Assembly (NCBI RefSeq): GCF_009914755.1
Contig: NC_060926.1
Source of the DNA: the human T2T-CHM13v2.0 reference genome, Homo sapiens
Length of the DNA: 64,000 bases
Direction: 5' to 3' (one strand)
Position numbers and translations under genes: made by a program. Under the pieces are notes generated by a model that was not told the DNA's origin, did not search any database, and was given only the letters and a program-made list of their open reading frames with translations. Of the stretch, positions 47,364-62,989 are shown piece by piece. Numbering within the stretch: the first letter of the stretch is position 1; each line of letters begins with the position of its first letter.

Positions 47364-49036
47364 CAATTAGACGCGGCTGTTCCGTGGGCGCCACCGCCTC
47401 CCTCTGCGGGCCGCTGCTCCGCCCACGCGCTGGGGTATTTCCGCCGGCTTCCGGCGGGGGCCGCCGGCTGGGTGAGCTGCAGCCCAGTCCCGTGTTGCCA
47501 CGCTGGGAACTGGCGTTCTGTTTACATATCTTAGAGAACGATCAGAAGGACGTGCTGTGTTTGCAGAAGCCCAAACTTGGAGGTCTCTGTAGTAGTTTCA
47601 TCGCCGAGAATCCAGGCAGAGGACAGATTTGGCGACGTCGTCATTCTAGAAGCTCCCTTTAGCAACTGACCTCCGTGTTGCTAAACCCAGGGAACGCTTT
47701 TCTGTTTTTCTCACTTTACTTGACAGCTCGGAAGCATGGGGCAGAGTTGACGCCTTTGTTCTTGAAACACGTTTCTTCCTTGGTCATGATGATAACACAT
47801 CCTCCTTGCTTTTTCCTGCCTCTGGCATTCTTTCTACATTGCCTCCACCTCCACTATCAAACCATTATATGTTAAGGTTGTCAGGGTCCAGACATTCGTC
47901 AGCTTCTTTACCTGGGCTTCTCCTAAACGCTGTGCTGTGATGACCTTACCCACAGCTTCAGTTTCCTTCTAGATGGAGGAGTCTTAAATGCTTATCCCGT
48001 CCACACCTCTCCTCTGGGCTTCACACCTACAACTCCCACTTGCCTCTCCACTTGTATGTGCAGTGAGCTCTACAAACTATGTTCAGAACCAAACATCTTT
48101 CTCCTCAAACCTGCTCTTTTTCTAGAAATGGCACATGACAGATACCTAGGATTCATAGTTGACATTGCCTTCTCCCTCACCTCGCAACACCTGATCCTCA
48201 AATCTTAATTGATTCTTCCTCCTAAATATTTCCCAAGTCTCATTTACTCTGCTCCATCTCTTCTGCTGCCTCCTTCTGCAGTAGATTCCCGAATGGCTGC
48301 CTCACTTCAGCCCTTATCTCCCTTTTAATCCATTCTCCATACAAGAGTTTGAGTGTTTTTTTTTTTTTAATTGAAAAGCAGATCATGTCATTTGCCAACC
48401 TGAAAATCCTTCCATGGCTTTTCTTTGCTCTTATAAAATTCAGTTTCTTAATACATACTATAAAGCCCTGGTTTCCCGATCTCTTTGTCCAACCCCATAA
48501 TGTGCCACTCTGCTTTGCTTACTTCAGCATTTAGTTCTTCAAATAAACCACACTCTCCAAACTCAGGGACTTCTCACCCTGAGTTTGGAAAACCCCTTGA
48601 GCCAACATCTGCTTCACCCAACTCTTCGCTGGCTAACTCATCTTTTAGATCTTAGTTTAAAAATCTCAGCTTAAATGTCACTTCTCCAGGTAGGCATTGC
48701 TGAAGCCAGACAAACTAAATCTTTTTGGACTATATGCTCATAAAATCAATTAGTTCCTTCAAGTAGACGGGATTTGAGTCAAGCCTTGAATAATTAGGCA
48801 CTTTGGGGTAGGAGAAGGATCTGAATAATTTCCCATGGATATGCCTATATGTGTGTGTGTGAGTTTTTTTTCTTTGCACATCTATTTGTTGTTCTTGTCA
48901 CAAATGCACCCTCACAAAGCAAGTTAGCAGTGAAATTAGACTTCTCTGCCAAGAGATGCCACGGCACCAAAAGTGTCCCTTCTGCTCTTACTCACCCAAG
49001 AACCAAGACAATGTTTTACTGTTCTCTGAAAAAAGC

Positions 49037-49397
49037 TGTATTAATCCATTTTTAACGCTGCTAATAAAGACCTGAGACTGGGCAATTTACAAAATAAAGA
49101 GGTTTAATGGACTTACAGTTCCACATGGCTGGGGAGGCCTCACAATCATGGCGGGAGGCAAGGAGGAACAAGTCACATCTTTCATTGATGGCGGCAGGCA
49201 AAGAGCTTGTGCAGGGAAACTCCCATTTTTAAAATGATCGGATCCTCGAGACTCATTCACTATCACAAAAACAGCGCAGGAAAGTCTCGCCCCCATAATT
49301 TAATCACCTCCCACCAGTTTCCTCCCATGACAGGTGGGAATTGTGGGAGTTATCATTCAAGATGAGATTTGGGTGGGGACACAGCCAAACTATATCA
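49037..49397 (-). mobile_element. THE1-type (ERVL-MaLR) solo LTR
   Basis: tgtattaatccattt...gggacacagccaaactatatca; TSD aaag(c/t). Confidence 0.92.
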
Positions 49398-50721
49398 AAA
49401 GTTGACTCTAGGAAGGGTAGATTACATGTTAAAAATTTTTTTTCTGGTACTATAAAACTTGCACAGATATTAGCTTCAATATTGATGAAGGAATGGAATA
49501 ATCCTAACATCTGCAAATAGGATTATTTGGCACTCCAAATCCCAATTTGGATCATCAAGATCTGTGGATGCTTCCTTCCCTACCCCCCTTTATTTTAGCA
49601 TCCACAGCAATACCTACCATAAGCCTTCATCACTTGAGAATTGGAATGCTATGCTAATCTCTAGGTATACTACCTTTTTCTTGTCTCTTTCTCCTTCACT
49701 ATATTTGCCAAATTCAATTCCTTAAAATACTGCATTGATATAGTCATTCCCTGCTCAAAAGCCTTAACAACTCTCCTTGCACATATGATAAACACAAATG
49801 TTGTCTGCTAGTCTGGATCCTCCACAAAATGTTTCTTTCCTTCTTTCCAGCCTTTTCTATCATTGTCGCATTTCCCAACTAACCTCGTCTAGCTCCAGCA
49901 CTCCCCCCATGCTTTTAATTTCCTGATTTCTGCCCCTTTGTACATACTGAATGGCAAGTCTTGCTCCTCACTCTCTTCACTTACCAAATTCTTATTCACC
50001 TGTTAAAGCCCAGCCCAAATACTATATTCTCTTTCTAGAACCACCTCAACCTGTAGCAATTAATCTGGGGTCTCTGAATGACCAAATAATATATGTGTCT
50101 CTATTTATTTGGACAATAACTATACACTCTCTAATATTATGGTTTTTGAAGTGTCCAATCCTTATGCCTCCAAGATTCAATATTCCTGAAGGATAAACTA
50201 TTTATATTTTCTTACTGTATAACATATTGACTGCTTCAAAAAGCAATCAAACCAAAGCCAAACAAAAACCTAGAAATCCAGAATTTGACAGATACAAATG
50301 TGTGACGGTTGCCTTATAACAGTCAGCTTGGAAAGCTATATCTATATATCAACAATGTCAGATTTGCAAAAGACACAAAACTAGAAAAAACAGCTAACAC
50401 TATGTCTGTAGATTGTACTATTTTCAAATCTCTTCTGTCCCTTCCCACTGCTTGCCATGGTTCACTAAGGGTGGAGTATACCTCTCTGTGTGCTGTAACT
50501 CTGACCTTGGCTATGTGACTTGTTCTGGATAAAGGAATATGAACAGTTGTGATGTATATACCATCTGTCCTGAAACTGCGTGTTCTTTGTAATCAACTTG
50601 TTCTTGTGTGCTCCTTCCCTCTGCTAGGAGACAGCATGCCTCAGGTTCCCACGCTAAATCAAAATTCTAAATAATCTAAATATTCTAACGGACTGCTGCT
50701 GGTCTGAAACCAACTGGATAC

Positions 50722-51045
50722 TATGTATGTATGTATATATGTATGTATGTATGTATGTATTGATGACAGAGTCTCGCTCTGTCGCCCAGGCTGGAGTGCA
50801 TTGGTGCAATCTCGGCTCACTGCAACCACCGCCTCCTGAGTTCAAGCGATTCTCATTCTTTAGCCTCCCAAGTAGCTGGGATTATAGGCCTACATCACCA
50901 AACCCGTCAAATTTTTTGTATTTTTAGTAGAGTCAGGGTTTTGCCATGTTGGCCAGACTGGTCTCACACTCCCGGCCTCAGGTGATCTGTCTGCCTTGAC
51001 CTCCCAAAGTGCTGGGATTACAGGTGTCAACCACTGTGCCTGGCC
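50722..51045 (-). mobile_element. Alu with (TATG)n-converted tail
   Basis: Both arms; flanked by caactggata. Confidence 0.93.
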
Positions 51046-51057
51046 TCAACTGGATAA

Positions 51058-51195
<138 letters not shown>

Positions 51196-53334
51196 TAAAA
51201 CAATAAATGCAACTACTTGTATTGGATTTAAAAGAGCAACAAATGACAGGGTACACTGTCACCAGCAATCAATCAGAAGCAACAGGTAAGGTGAAATTTC
51301 CTATTTGCCACCCCTGAACTGGTGTACAGACAAAGGAGAGTCAAGGACAGTGAGGAATCCAGAAAATACTATTATATGATGAGTAACTGATGTGAAGTCA
51401 CCGGAGTAACTCATAAGTTCACATGATGTTACAGTAGAAAGACTTAAGAACTACTCCACACTTCCCATTTGGAGGAACTGTATTTTGCTTGGAGAAAAGA
51501 CAGTATCATTCCTATTCTTCACTCACTGTTTCTTTTATACCCAAATCATCCAGTTCTATTTACTTAGTTTATCTGCCTTGTTGCACAAAGCATTTTAAAG
51601 CAACTTATAGCAGAAATATCTACAATAACTAGATAAAGAATACAGTACAGCCTGCAAACCAGGGCAAAAAGATATCAGTTACGTAGTTTTCATTATATGA
51701 AACTGAAACTAAGAAGGCTCTCCTGATCAATGATTTTCAATAATGGCCAGATTATTCCCTGCTCTGTTATTTCCCCACCTTGCAGCAGATGTGACATTGT
51801 GACATTTAGAGTCTAGGCCTCAAGAGGCCTTACACACTCCGCTCTCAAAACCCTGCCCAGCCTCCATGAGAAGTCCGGCTAGCTTGCAGGAGCATGAGAG
51901 ACCACACAGACCACAGTTGAATCACAGTAGTTGTTCAAGTTTAGACCTCAGATTTATGAGAGAACCCAGGCAAGATAAAGTGGGGGCCTGACCCAGGTGA
52001 ACTGAACTCCCCAGCATACCCTAGACTCACAAGCACTGATAAATGGTTGATGTTTTACCAAAGTTTTGGGAATAGTTTCGTCTGTTATGCAGCAATAGAT
52101 CACTCATAAAGAATTTATGAAATGAAGCAAAACATCCTACAACTGAATTCTAAAACAAGTAAGTGGAACTTAATTAAGTGGAACAGGTCCATTGCCCTTC
52201 CCAACCATGGGAATTTCCCCTGGAGTCTCTCATCCTTAAGGAATACTTTATCTGTGTCCTTACCACATTCCTATTAAAAAAAACTTACTGGCTCTGTGCT
52301 TTCTTTACAGCCTTGATCTATTTCAAAATGACAGCTACAAATCTGATGAACCAATCTGTAGTAATATGTTTTAACTTTCCCTCTCCTTCCAGCTACCATT
52401 TTGCATTTCAGCTATATTGTCCCAATGTTTCTAATAATGTTATAAGCTAAATATCTGATAGTAGGAATTTCTAAAAATTCCAGTCAATGCCTCTTCACCT
52501 CTCCTCCTTTCTGTAAGGCTTGCTATTATACTGTGAATGTCACTTCATCAGTGTAAACTGTATTTGTTCATCTGTAATATAATAGAATTGAAATAAAAGA
52601 TTTCTATCATTTCTTGTAGTTCTCTGGATTTGGGTTTTGTACAGTCACTTACCTGTCTTGGTGTGTGTATTTTCTTTCCAGTTAATAAGTACAAGAGGCC
52701 TCCTACATAGCAGCTGGTTAAAATGCAGGGATGCATATCACGGTTTGAACAAAACTGCAATATGTACATGACATATTTCATCCCAATATGGAGGAAAGCT
52801 ATGAATACTTTTAGGAAAATGGCCATATGCAAGCAAGCTGTGTTCTTTACATGAAGGAAAAATAACACATCGACCAGAATTATATTGACGATTATAATGT
52901 AGGGAACACAATCTTTTTTTGGAAGTTTTTATAATATTCTTGAACTTACAGAAATCTGCTATAAGGAAGTGATCAGATATAGATGAAAGATTTATGCAGA
53001 ATGATGTTCATAGCAGCTTCATTAGTAACAGTGAAAAATCAGAAACTGAATTTTCCAACTGTCAGTTAAAGCACAATTCATATAGTAGAATATCAAAGTT
53101 AGGCTCTCAAAGACTATTTAATTTCACATTGGAAAATATCCACGTATAAAATTAAATGAAAATGAAGGAAAGAAAACATAGACAGTATTATCCTATTATT
53201 GTAATAATATATAGAAATGTAAATAAATGGAAACAGAGAGGGAGAAGGAAAAATACTCTAAAATGTTAATGTGTCTGGGTAGTAAGATATGTCTATGTAA
53301 TTTATTTTCAGTGTTTACCATGAGCACTATCACA

Positions 53335-53810
53335 TTCGCGGTCAAAAACCGCTCAGGAACGCTTTGGAGCCCTAGCTTTCCGAGCGCAGGTAGAGCAGCC
53401 CGGGCCCGCCCACGCCCCTGGCTTTGCGCGGTGCAGTTTGAACCGCTTCGGAAACAGCTGGCCCGGCGCGCGCGGCGGGAGGGACGCGAGTGCTCGGAAG
53501 AGCCGCCCCACGTGCTTTCGGGGAAACTGCCCGGGAGCGAGAAGGACTGGGATTGAGAGGAAACCGAAAAGCGAAAGTTAGAGCCTGCGGGAGCAGTACG
53601 CAGGCGCAGCACGCAGGCGCAGCGGGGCTTTCCCGCAGCCCGCTTCCTCCCAACGGTTTCTCCCTGGCGGCGGGCGCACTGCTCGCACGCTCGCCCTGGG
53701 GCTGCAGATCGGCTTGCGGGACGGGGTCCCAGAGAGGCCGGTCCACGCGGCCCGCACGCGCGAGTGTTAGCTCTGCACACGACGGAAGGCGGAGGCGCGG
53801 GTGGCTGCCA
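53335..53810. promoter_or_regulatory. Distal CpG island about 6 kb upstream of STAT1 (enhancer or alternative/bidirectional promoter)
   Basis: CpG-dense; E-box 53509-53514, GAS TTCGGGGAA 53517-53525, GGAAACCGAAAAGCGAAAGT 53559-53578, kB GGGGCTTTCC 53624-53633. Confidence 0.85.
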
Positions 53811-55746
53811 TTTCACCTTAGAGGGAGGGAGGGAAACGTGTCCTGATTTCTGCACCTAAGGTGCTGGAAACCTTACCCTTGCACTTCCACCGTTTCTTTC
53901 CTTGTCCTGAAAAGGTCTCTTTTACCCGCTTCACTTCGCTATCTACACAGTTTGCACTTGCACTGACTCAGATCTTGTCCTGTCTGGTAAGCTGTGACCC
54001 TCAGCCAGCCTGGGTAGCTGCCCTTGAACCAGAGGTTGGGGTCTGGCAGTTTCTATAGGCGTTCTTAGGCTCGGTCTGCAAGGGGCTTGCCTCTTTCTTC
54101 TGGGGTCTTCTCGCCCCCATGCCTTCTCAGTTGTGGTGATTATACCAGAAGGAACGTGGGAGAAGTATAATGGAGAATGCTTAGTCACTGGACAATGATT
54201 TCGAAAGTTCGGCTGGCCGAGGAAACAAGAGTTTTGTGTAATGTCTGTGACTTACTCAATGGTTCTAGGAGGCACGAGACTGAGTTTCTTTGGGCTCTGC
54301 TCGCCTACTCTTAAGGGGCTCTACCTTCTTAGGGTGAACTCGGCACCCACCTAGAACCTCCAGTGTGTGAAAGGGCCTACCTACCTCATTGGGCCCCAAC
54401 CTCCAGCCTCTTGTGAGAGTGACGACCAGCCCCAAAATGGCTGCACACAAACAAGACCCTAAGGTACAGAGTCCTACTATGCAAACAGACGTTTATTTTC
54501 CCCTGTTAGAACAACACAGGACCAGCTATGTAATTTGCAGGGAGGGCCCGTTGCAAAATGAAAATGTGGGGTCCCTTACTCAAAATTAATGAAGAATTTC
54601 AAGAAGGCAACAGGAGAGCATGAAGCCAAGCGTGGAGCCCTTCTGAGTGCCTGCCCTGTGGAAGCCAGACCTAGGTGGGGAATTTGGGGGCATTTCTTGT
54701 ATAGCAACCTTGTTCGATGTTCACTTAAATGAAGAAACAAATTTTATAACACCACTCACCTGTTTAAAAGCCTCTGCTGGCTTCAATTTGCAATAAGAAT
54801 CCAGGGCCCGCCAATTTGGGCTCACCTACCCCTCTTACTCATCTTATCTCACCCCATACTTCACTAGGCTCCCCTCAATCCCCTTAGCCTCTTTCTGTTC
54901 CTCAGATACCCCAAGTTTTTACCTGCCTGAGCCCTGTGCATACATACACTGGTCTTTTGGGATGCTGTTTTCCTGACTGTGTTCATGGACTGCCTCCTTC
55001 CCATTCTCTAGGTCTCAGTTCAGTCATCATCTCCTCAAAGACACCCTCATTGATTGCTTCTTCCAGTGACTGTATCACACTTGCAATCCTCATAACACTT
55101 GTTAAACCTATCCCTGTTTATTATTTGTCTGTTTTCATCTCTCCTCGCCAGCGTGTAAGTTCACAACAGGAGGGAGTTTGTTCTGTGTTAACAGCCTTTT
55201 CCATCCAGTATTCCATGAGACAATTCAGTCTAATCCCCCAGGGTATCTATGTGTGTAATGAATTCCCTGCTCTCCTGTATATCTAGAATGTCACTGTATG
55301 CCATCCCTGGGAGAACTGAGAAAATCGTCAAGCAAATCACTTTCTGTGTCTTGTGGTTCAGAAACCCTGGTTAAGCAAAGCAATGCCTGATACAGGCATT
55401 TTCAAATATTTCAAAAATATTTTTTGAATGAATAAATGAACGTCACTGACCAACACTGAGATCAGGAATCACAGGTTAATTCAGCCATTCAGATCTCAGC
55501 ACTGGCTCTAAGACCTATCGAGCCACAATTGAGGGGGGAAGAGAATAATGAGCATGCATAGCGCAAAAAACTTCCCTAAAGGACTTTTAATGAGAGCTCT
55601 ACTCCTTCACACCCCTTCCAACCCCTCCCCTCTCTCTGCCCTCTCTGGACGGCAGAGTTCTTTCCGTTTGCGGCAGTCTATCAGTCTGTGAGATGTCTAA
55701 GAAGATGACTGTCAAGCCTGACATAAGAGTGTTGTGGAGGACTTTT

Positions 55747-55847
55747 TTTTTTTTTTGAGTCGGAGTCTTGCTCTGTCGCCCAGACTGTAGTGCAGTGGTG
55801 CCATCTCGGCTCACTGCAAGCTCTGCCTCCCGGGTTCATGCCATTCT
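55747..55847 (-). mobile_element. 5'-truncated Alu (AluY-like)
   Basis: ctgcaagctctgcctcccgggttcatgccattct; perfect TSD ttgtggaggactttt at 55732-55746 and 55848-55862. Confidence 0.92.
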
Positions 55848-56994
55848 TTGTGGAGGACTTTTACTAGGGGCAGAAGTAGTAATGCCCTTGAGTGTAATGG
55901 AGAGTTTAGGGGAAATTTCAGGAACACTTGGTTCATCTATGAGTAGGTAGATGTCTAGGATGTTAGGCATGCATGAGATAATACCTAGCATCAAAGGGAA
56001 GTTAGAGTGAGCTTATAAACTGTAACTCTAGACAATGTCTATTGGAAGTTCAGGGTGAGGTAGGGAGGAAGTCCTCTCTGTGTGATCAAAAGCAAGTGTG
56101 TTTTGGTTAATCAGGATGAAGCATAACATTGGGGGCTGTTTCATGATTTTAGAGTTTGGAGCTGTTAGGAAGAGAATTTCAGCTTAGTTTTGCAGGCAGC
56201 CCAAGGAGCAAAGGAAAGGAAGGAACTAATGACTGTTCTTGATGTGTCCAAACACCAAATCATTAATAAATATTTATTCAGGGCCAGATTGTACTAGATT
56301 CCAGGGATATAACTGTGAGCAGGGCTGTCTTGGTCCATGTACATACAGAGCTTGCTTAGAGTCTATTGAGGAAAATAGATGATATCATTTACACCAAAGG
56401 AGATAAGCACTGTGCCGGGGATGTAGAGGATGCTATGGAGGAAGCGTGGCATGACCTGAGCCATGCGCACACATGCGTGTGTGTGTGTGTGTGTATGTAT
56501 GTGTGTGTGTTTGGCAGGAAGGCTTTCCAGAGCCTGAAGAATGCGTAAACATTATCCAGGTGCAGGGATATATGGGATGGGGTTGGAGAATTGAGAGGAT
56601 GTGGCAGGGGAAACAGAGAGAACATGGGCCATCAAAGAAACTGAAAGTAGTTCAGTCAGTCTTGTGTGCAGATGTTTTGGTGGATAAGAAGCTGTTGGGG
56701 AGGAGTGAAGAGAGATGAGTTGAAGACTAAGAGGGGACTAAATAATACGTGACTTTGGAAAGATCTGTTGCGAATTGTGGTCTTTATCCAAAGCTGGGAT
56801 TCTTAACTAGTTTTTGTGACATGGACCTCTTTGGCAGTCTGATGAAACCTGTAAGTTTTTCAGAAAATAATGTTTTTAGTTGAATAAGATAAGATGCATA
56901 AGATTCAAAAGAAAACCAATTACATTGAAATACTGATATCGGGCCAACTTTGTGATATATTAAAACCAACTTTGTGACATAGTAATATAAATGA

Positions 56995-57322
<328 letters not shown>

Positions 57323-58394
57323 ATGCACTTATTTACTAATGGCATTAAATAATAGGATTTAGCAGTGGGTCCAATTAATGCAATTTCAAAATTGTGCTTA
57401 GCATAAACAATATTTTGAGATGACTTTAATAATTATAATATGATATAAACGTGGTATGGGTTATGGTTTGCTGCCCATATAATTGAAGGAAATTAACTGT
57501 AGTTAGAAGTTAGTGGAAGTAAAACTGTAACTTTTGCCATCTAAATTCATGAGCCCTTTGAATTCTGTCCATACACCCCAGACAAGAACTGCTAATGCAG
57601 AGCATCATGAGCCATTCAAAAATTTTAAGTAGGGAGTGAAATTATCCAATTTAAGTAGAGCCCTCTGTCTACATATGAAGCTGCATGAAATTGTTTTTTA
57701 TATTTACTGTAAGGAAAGAGAGAATGTCCTTCCCCATGTTTTTATGGCATCCTCTTTGTGAGTGCTCTTGTAGAAATCTTCTGTCTTATAGTGGTGGTTA
57801 TACAACTATATGAGTTTGTCAGAATTCATAAGCTGACACACCCAAAAGGGTGAATTTTACTGTATGTAAATTATATGCCAATAAACCAGACTTTAAAAAG
57901 TGCATCAATAAAATCAATAAATGTTCCTGGTCAATTTGGAAAAAAAGATATCTTTACTCTGTGTCAGAAATTGGAGTATGTGTGCACAGAGGCCAAATGC
58001 TAAGCGTGGACTGTCTGTCTACAGCTAGAGCAGAATACTGGGATGGCTTGACTTTTAATTCTGTTTCTTTTACTGTGGAGAGTTGCATGGGCCTCCCAAA
58101 CTGCATGAGGTAAAGAAAAATCCCTTGAATTTGCCAGAGGTATATTCATTCTTTATGATTCTTTGGTGGGGTGGGGTTCTTGCCACCTTAGATTTTGATG
58201 AAATTCATTGGCTAGTTGCCTTCTTTCAGCATTTATTACAGATGAAGGCATTGATAATCAGAACAATTAGTTAAAGTGATTCTTTAAAATAAATTTGAAT
58301 AGTCATTAGCAAAATATGTATCTGTGATTGATCTGGGATGAGTGAAAGGAGAGGTGAAAATGTGATTAATATTTTGAAACTAAGAAAACCACGT

Positions 58395-60896
<2,502 letters not shown>

Positions 60897-62689
60897 CCCC
60901 CACAAAAATGATTTTTGGAGTACAAGATTCACAATCTTGAGAAATAACTCTTAACTCTGGGGTCAATAATTTAGTTTTGATTTTCTGAATCTAAATAAAA
61001 ATAGCCACTTATTGAACTTTTATAACGTGGCCATTGTCCATATTATGGAAAATGAACTACAGATGTCCTTCATTTTGTACCCCCAAATAACAATGATGAC
61101 TGTGATCACATAGAAAACCTTGGCATTCTGCTACCAGGCTCTAAATTGACAAGTTTTTAAAACTTCTGTGAAATAGGTAGGAGTCCATTGTACTTTTGAT
61201 AAATTCCAGGGAGCAAAGAGCTTCTGCAATCTATTTTGTCTAAATCCAATTGTTTAAGAGCACTTCCTGGTAGGAAATTACTTCTTTAAAGATAAAACTG
61301 TAATAGTCATGCTCCAGTTTAAATTATTTCATCCAATTCTGCTGCCAGTTGATACACGTGTCAGGCAAATTTTAGAAAACCGGGTTTTGTGGAGAGAAGT
61401 AGAGACTGGGAGGATGCACCTCCAGTTAGATGCACCCTTCCATCAAACAGATGCCTCCACCCTAAAAGCATTTAGGCGCTCACCAAGGAGTAAAGGAACT
61501 GGCCTTGGGGCAGGTGGAGAGTTTGTTCCATAGGAATAATCTAGGAGCCAGTTGGGCACATGTGGGTGGGATGAGATTGCTCAGATGGAATCTCTCTAAG
61601 GGAAAGGGCAGGTTATAGTAAAAGCTTTTATTCCTTTGAACTCTTTTCCATCAAACATTAGCCTCTGCCTATTTGGTTTGCCTGGAGGACAGGAGGTGGG
61701 CAGAAGGAATGAAATAAGAGCCCTTCAGAGGGGGCTGCCATCTCTGACTCTGCAGTCAGGGCTCATCTTGAAACCTGGTTCTGGATTTTTCTGCAGCTGG
61801 CATGGCAGATGCCTCAGTAGCATTACTTGCTCAACAGATTCAGCAGCATCCCCAGGGCTCAGCAGGCATAGAGAGCTCTCCAGGTCTTGAGCACTGGAGA
61901 GCTCCATGCTATTACTAAGGACAGCAGCTGGGCAATGGCACCACTAAACATCCAGTAGGGGTGAGGCAAGGACCAAAATAGACTTGCAATTCACATACAT
62001 TACTATCCAGGAAACCAACTACCCTTCCTCTTTACTAGAGAAAATTGAAGGAATGGAACATCTCATCCTAAACCTCTTTCCCCAGTCTCAGGTTGGATTC
62101 TTAGGACCAGAGAGACTATTAGAGCTGGGAAAGATCATAGAACCCACATAGTCTTACCTCTTCTAGAGATGAAGAATGAGCAACCTATGAATAAAATCAG
62201 TTACCCAAGGCCAGAGTTGTTATTCTCCTAGTCCTCATTTCATCCTCCTAGTCCTCATGAGTTTTTTTAAATTATTATTTTTTTAACCCATGTGTCTGCT
62301 TACAATACCTGTAAAATCAGTGCAGTTTGCCCAAGATACCACCAGGAATGACTCTGGATCCCTCCTCCTTTGGAACCAGCAGCTGTTGAACCCCATAGTT
62401 GGAATAACGTTGACATGGCACTAAGGAGGCTTCATAATTCAACCCTGGATGCCCCGTGAATTTCTGCTAATGTCCCATCACGACTTTCCTCTTGGATCTA
62501 CTGTGATCACCATGCCTGCTAGCGTTCATCATACTGATTGGCTTATTTGGCTTTTCCCTCACGCCTTCTTGCTGAGGTGTAGGTGTGACTTTATTATTCT
62601 TGACCTACCCTGAAACATTAACACTTACATCTTCTAGCTAAAATCGTAGTAACACCAGAGAGACAAAATGAGAAATAAACCAAACACAG

Positions 62690-62962
62690 GCAAGCGAGTC
62701 TTCTGTTAATATTGTTATTAACACTGGTTTCTTAAAGTTGTCTTATCTTGCAAGTTTATCTGAAGCTTTGGTTTCAAGCATTTCAGTCACAACACTCCCA
62801 ATTGAGGAGTGCCACGGGAGTGTGAAGAGAGCTTCAGATGTCAAACATTTCCTAGAACCTGGTATTTACAAAGCTGAAGAAATAAAATGTGGTTATTGGG
62901 CAAAGAACAGTCTTTAAACTTTTTCATTTGCTTCCTTTCTTGGTGCGTCAGAGTTTATCCTG
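62690..62962 (-). other. STAT4: STAT4 3' UTR (end approximate)
   Basis: Follows STAT4 TGA; no canonical AATAAA seen, AATAAC at 62714-62719. Confidence 0.65.
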
Positions 62963-62989
62963 TCATTCAGCAGAATAAGGAGACTTCAT
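62963..62989 (-). CDS. STAT4: STAT4 terminal coding exon (MKSPYSAE*)
   Basis: ATG AAG TCT CCT TAT TCT GCT GAA TGA after ttttaattttag acceptor; matches STAT4 C-terminus and the known STAT1-STAT4 tandem arrangement. Confidence 0.95.
   Translation of the reverse strand: MKSPYSAE

Larger units (their letters stand above)
46950..47650. promoter_or_regulatory. STAT1: CpG island / TATA-less STAT1 promoter
   Basis: Dense CpG and high GC; GC boxes (ccgccc); CCAAT at 47336 and 47363. Confidence 0.92.

Noticed and set aside
46810-47662. Long plus-strand ORFs (235 and 238 aa) over the STAT1 promoter
   Set aside because: GC-rich CpG island is naturally poor in stops; low-complexity Pro/Arg/Ala/Gly content and no recognisable domain
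53196-53855. 219-aa minus ORF and overlapping ORFs at the distal island
   Set aside because: Same CpG-island artefact; no homology recognised
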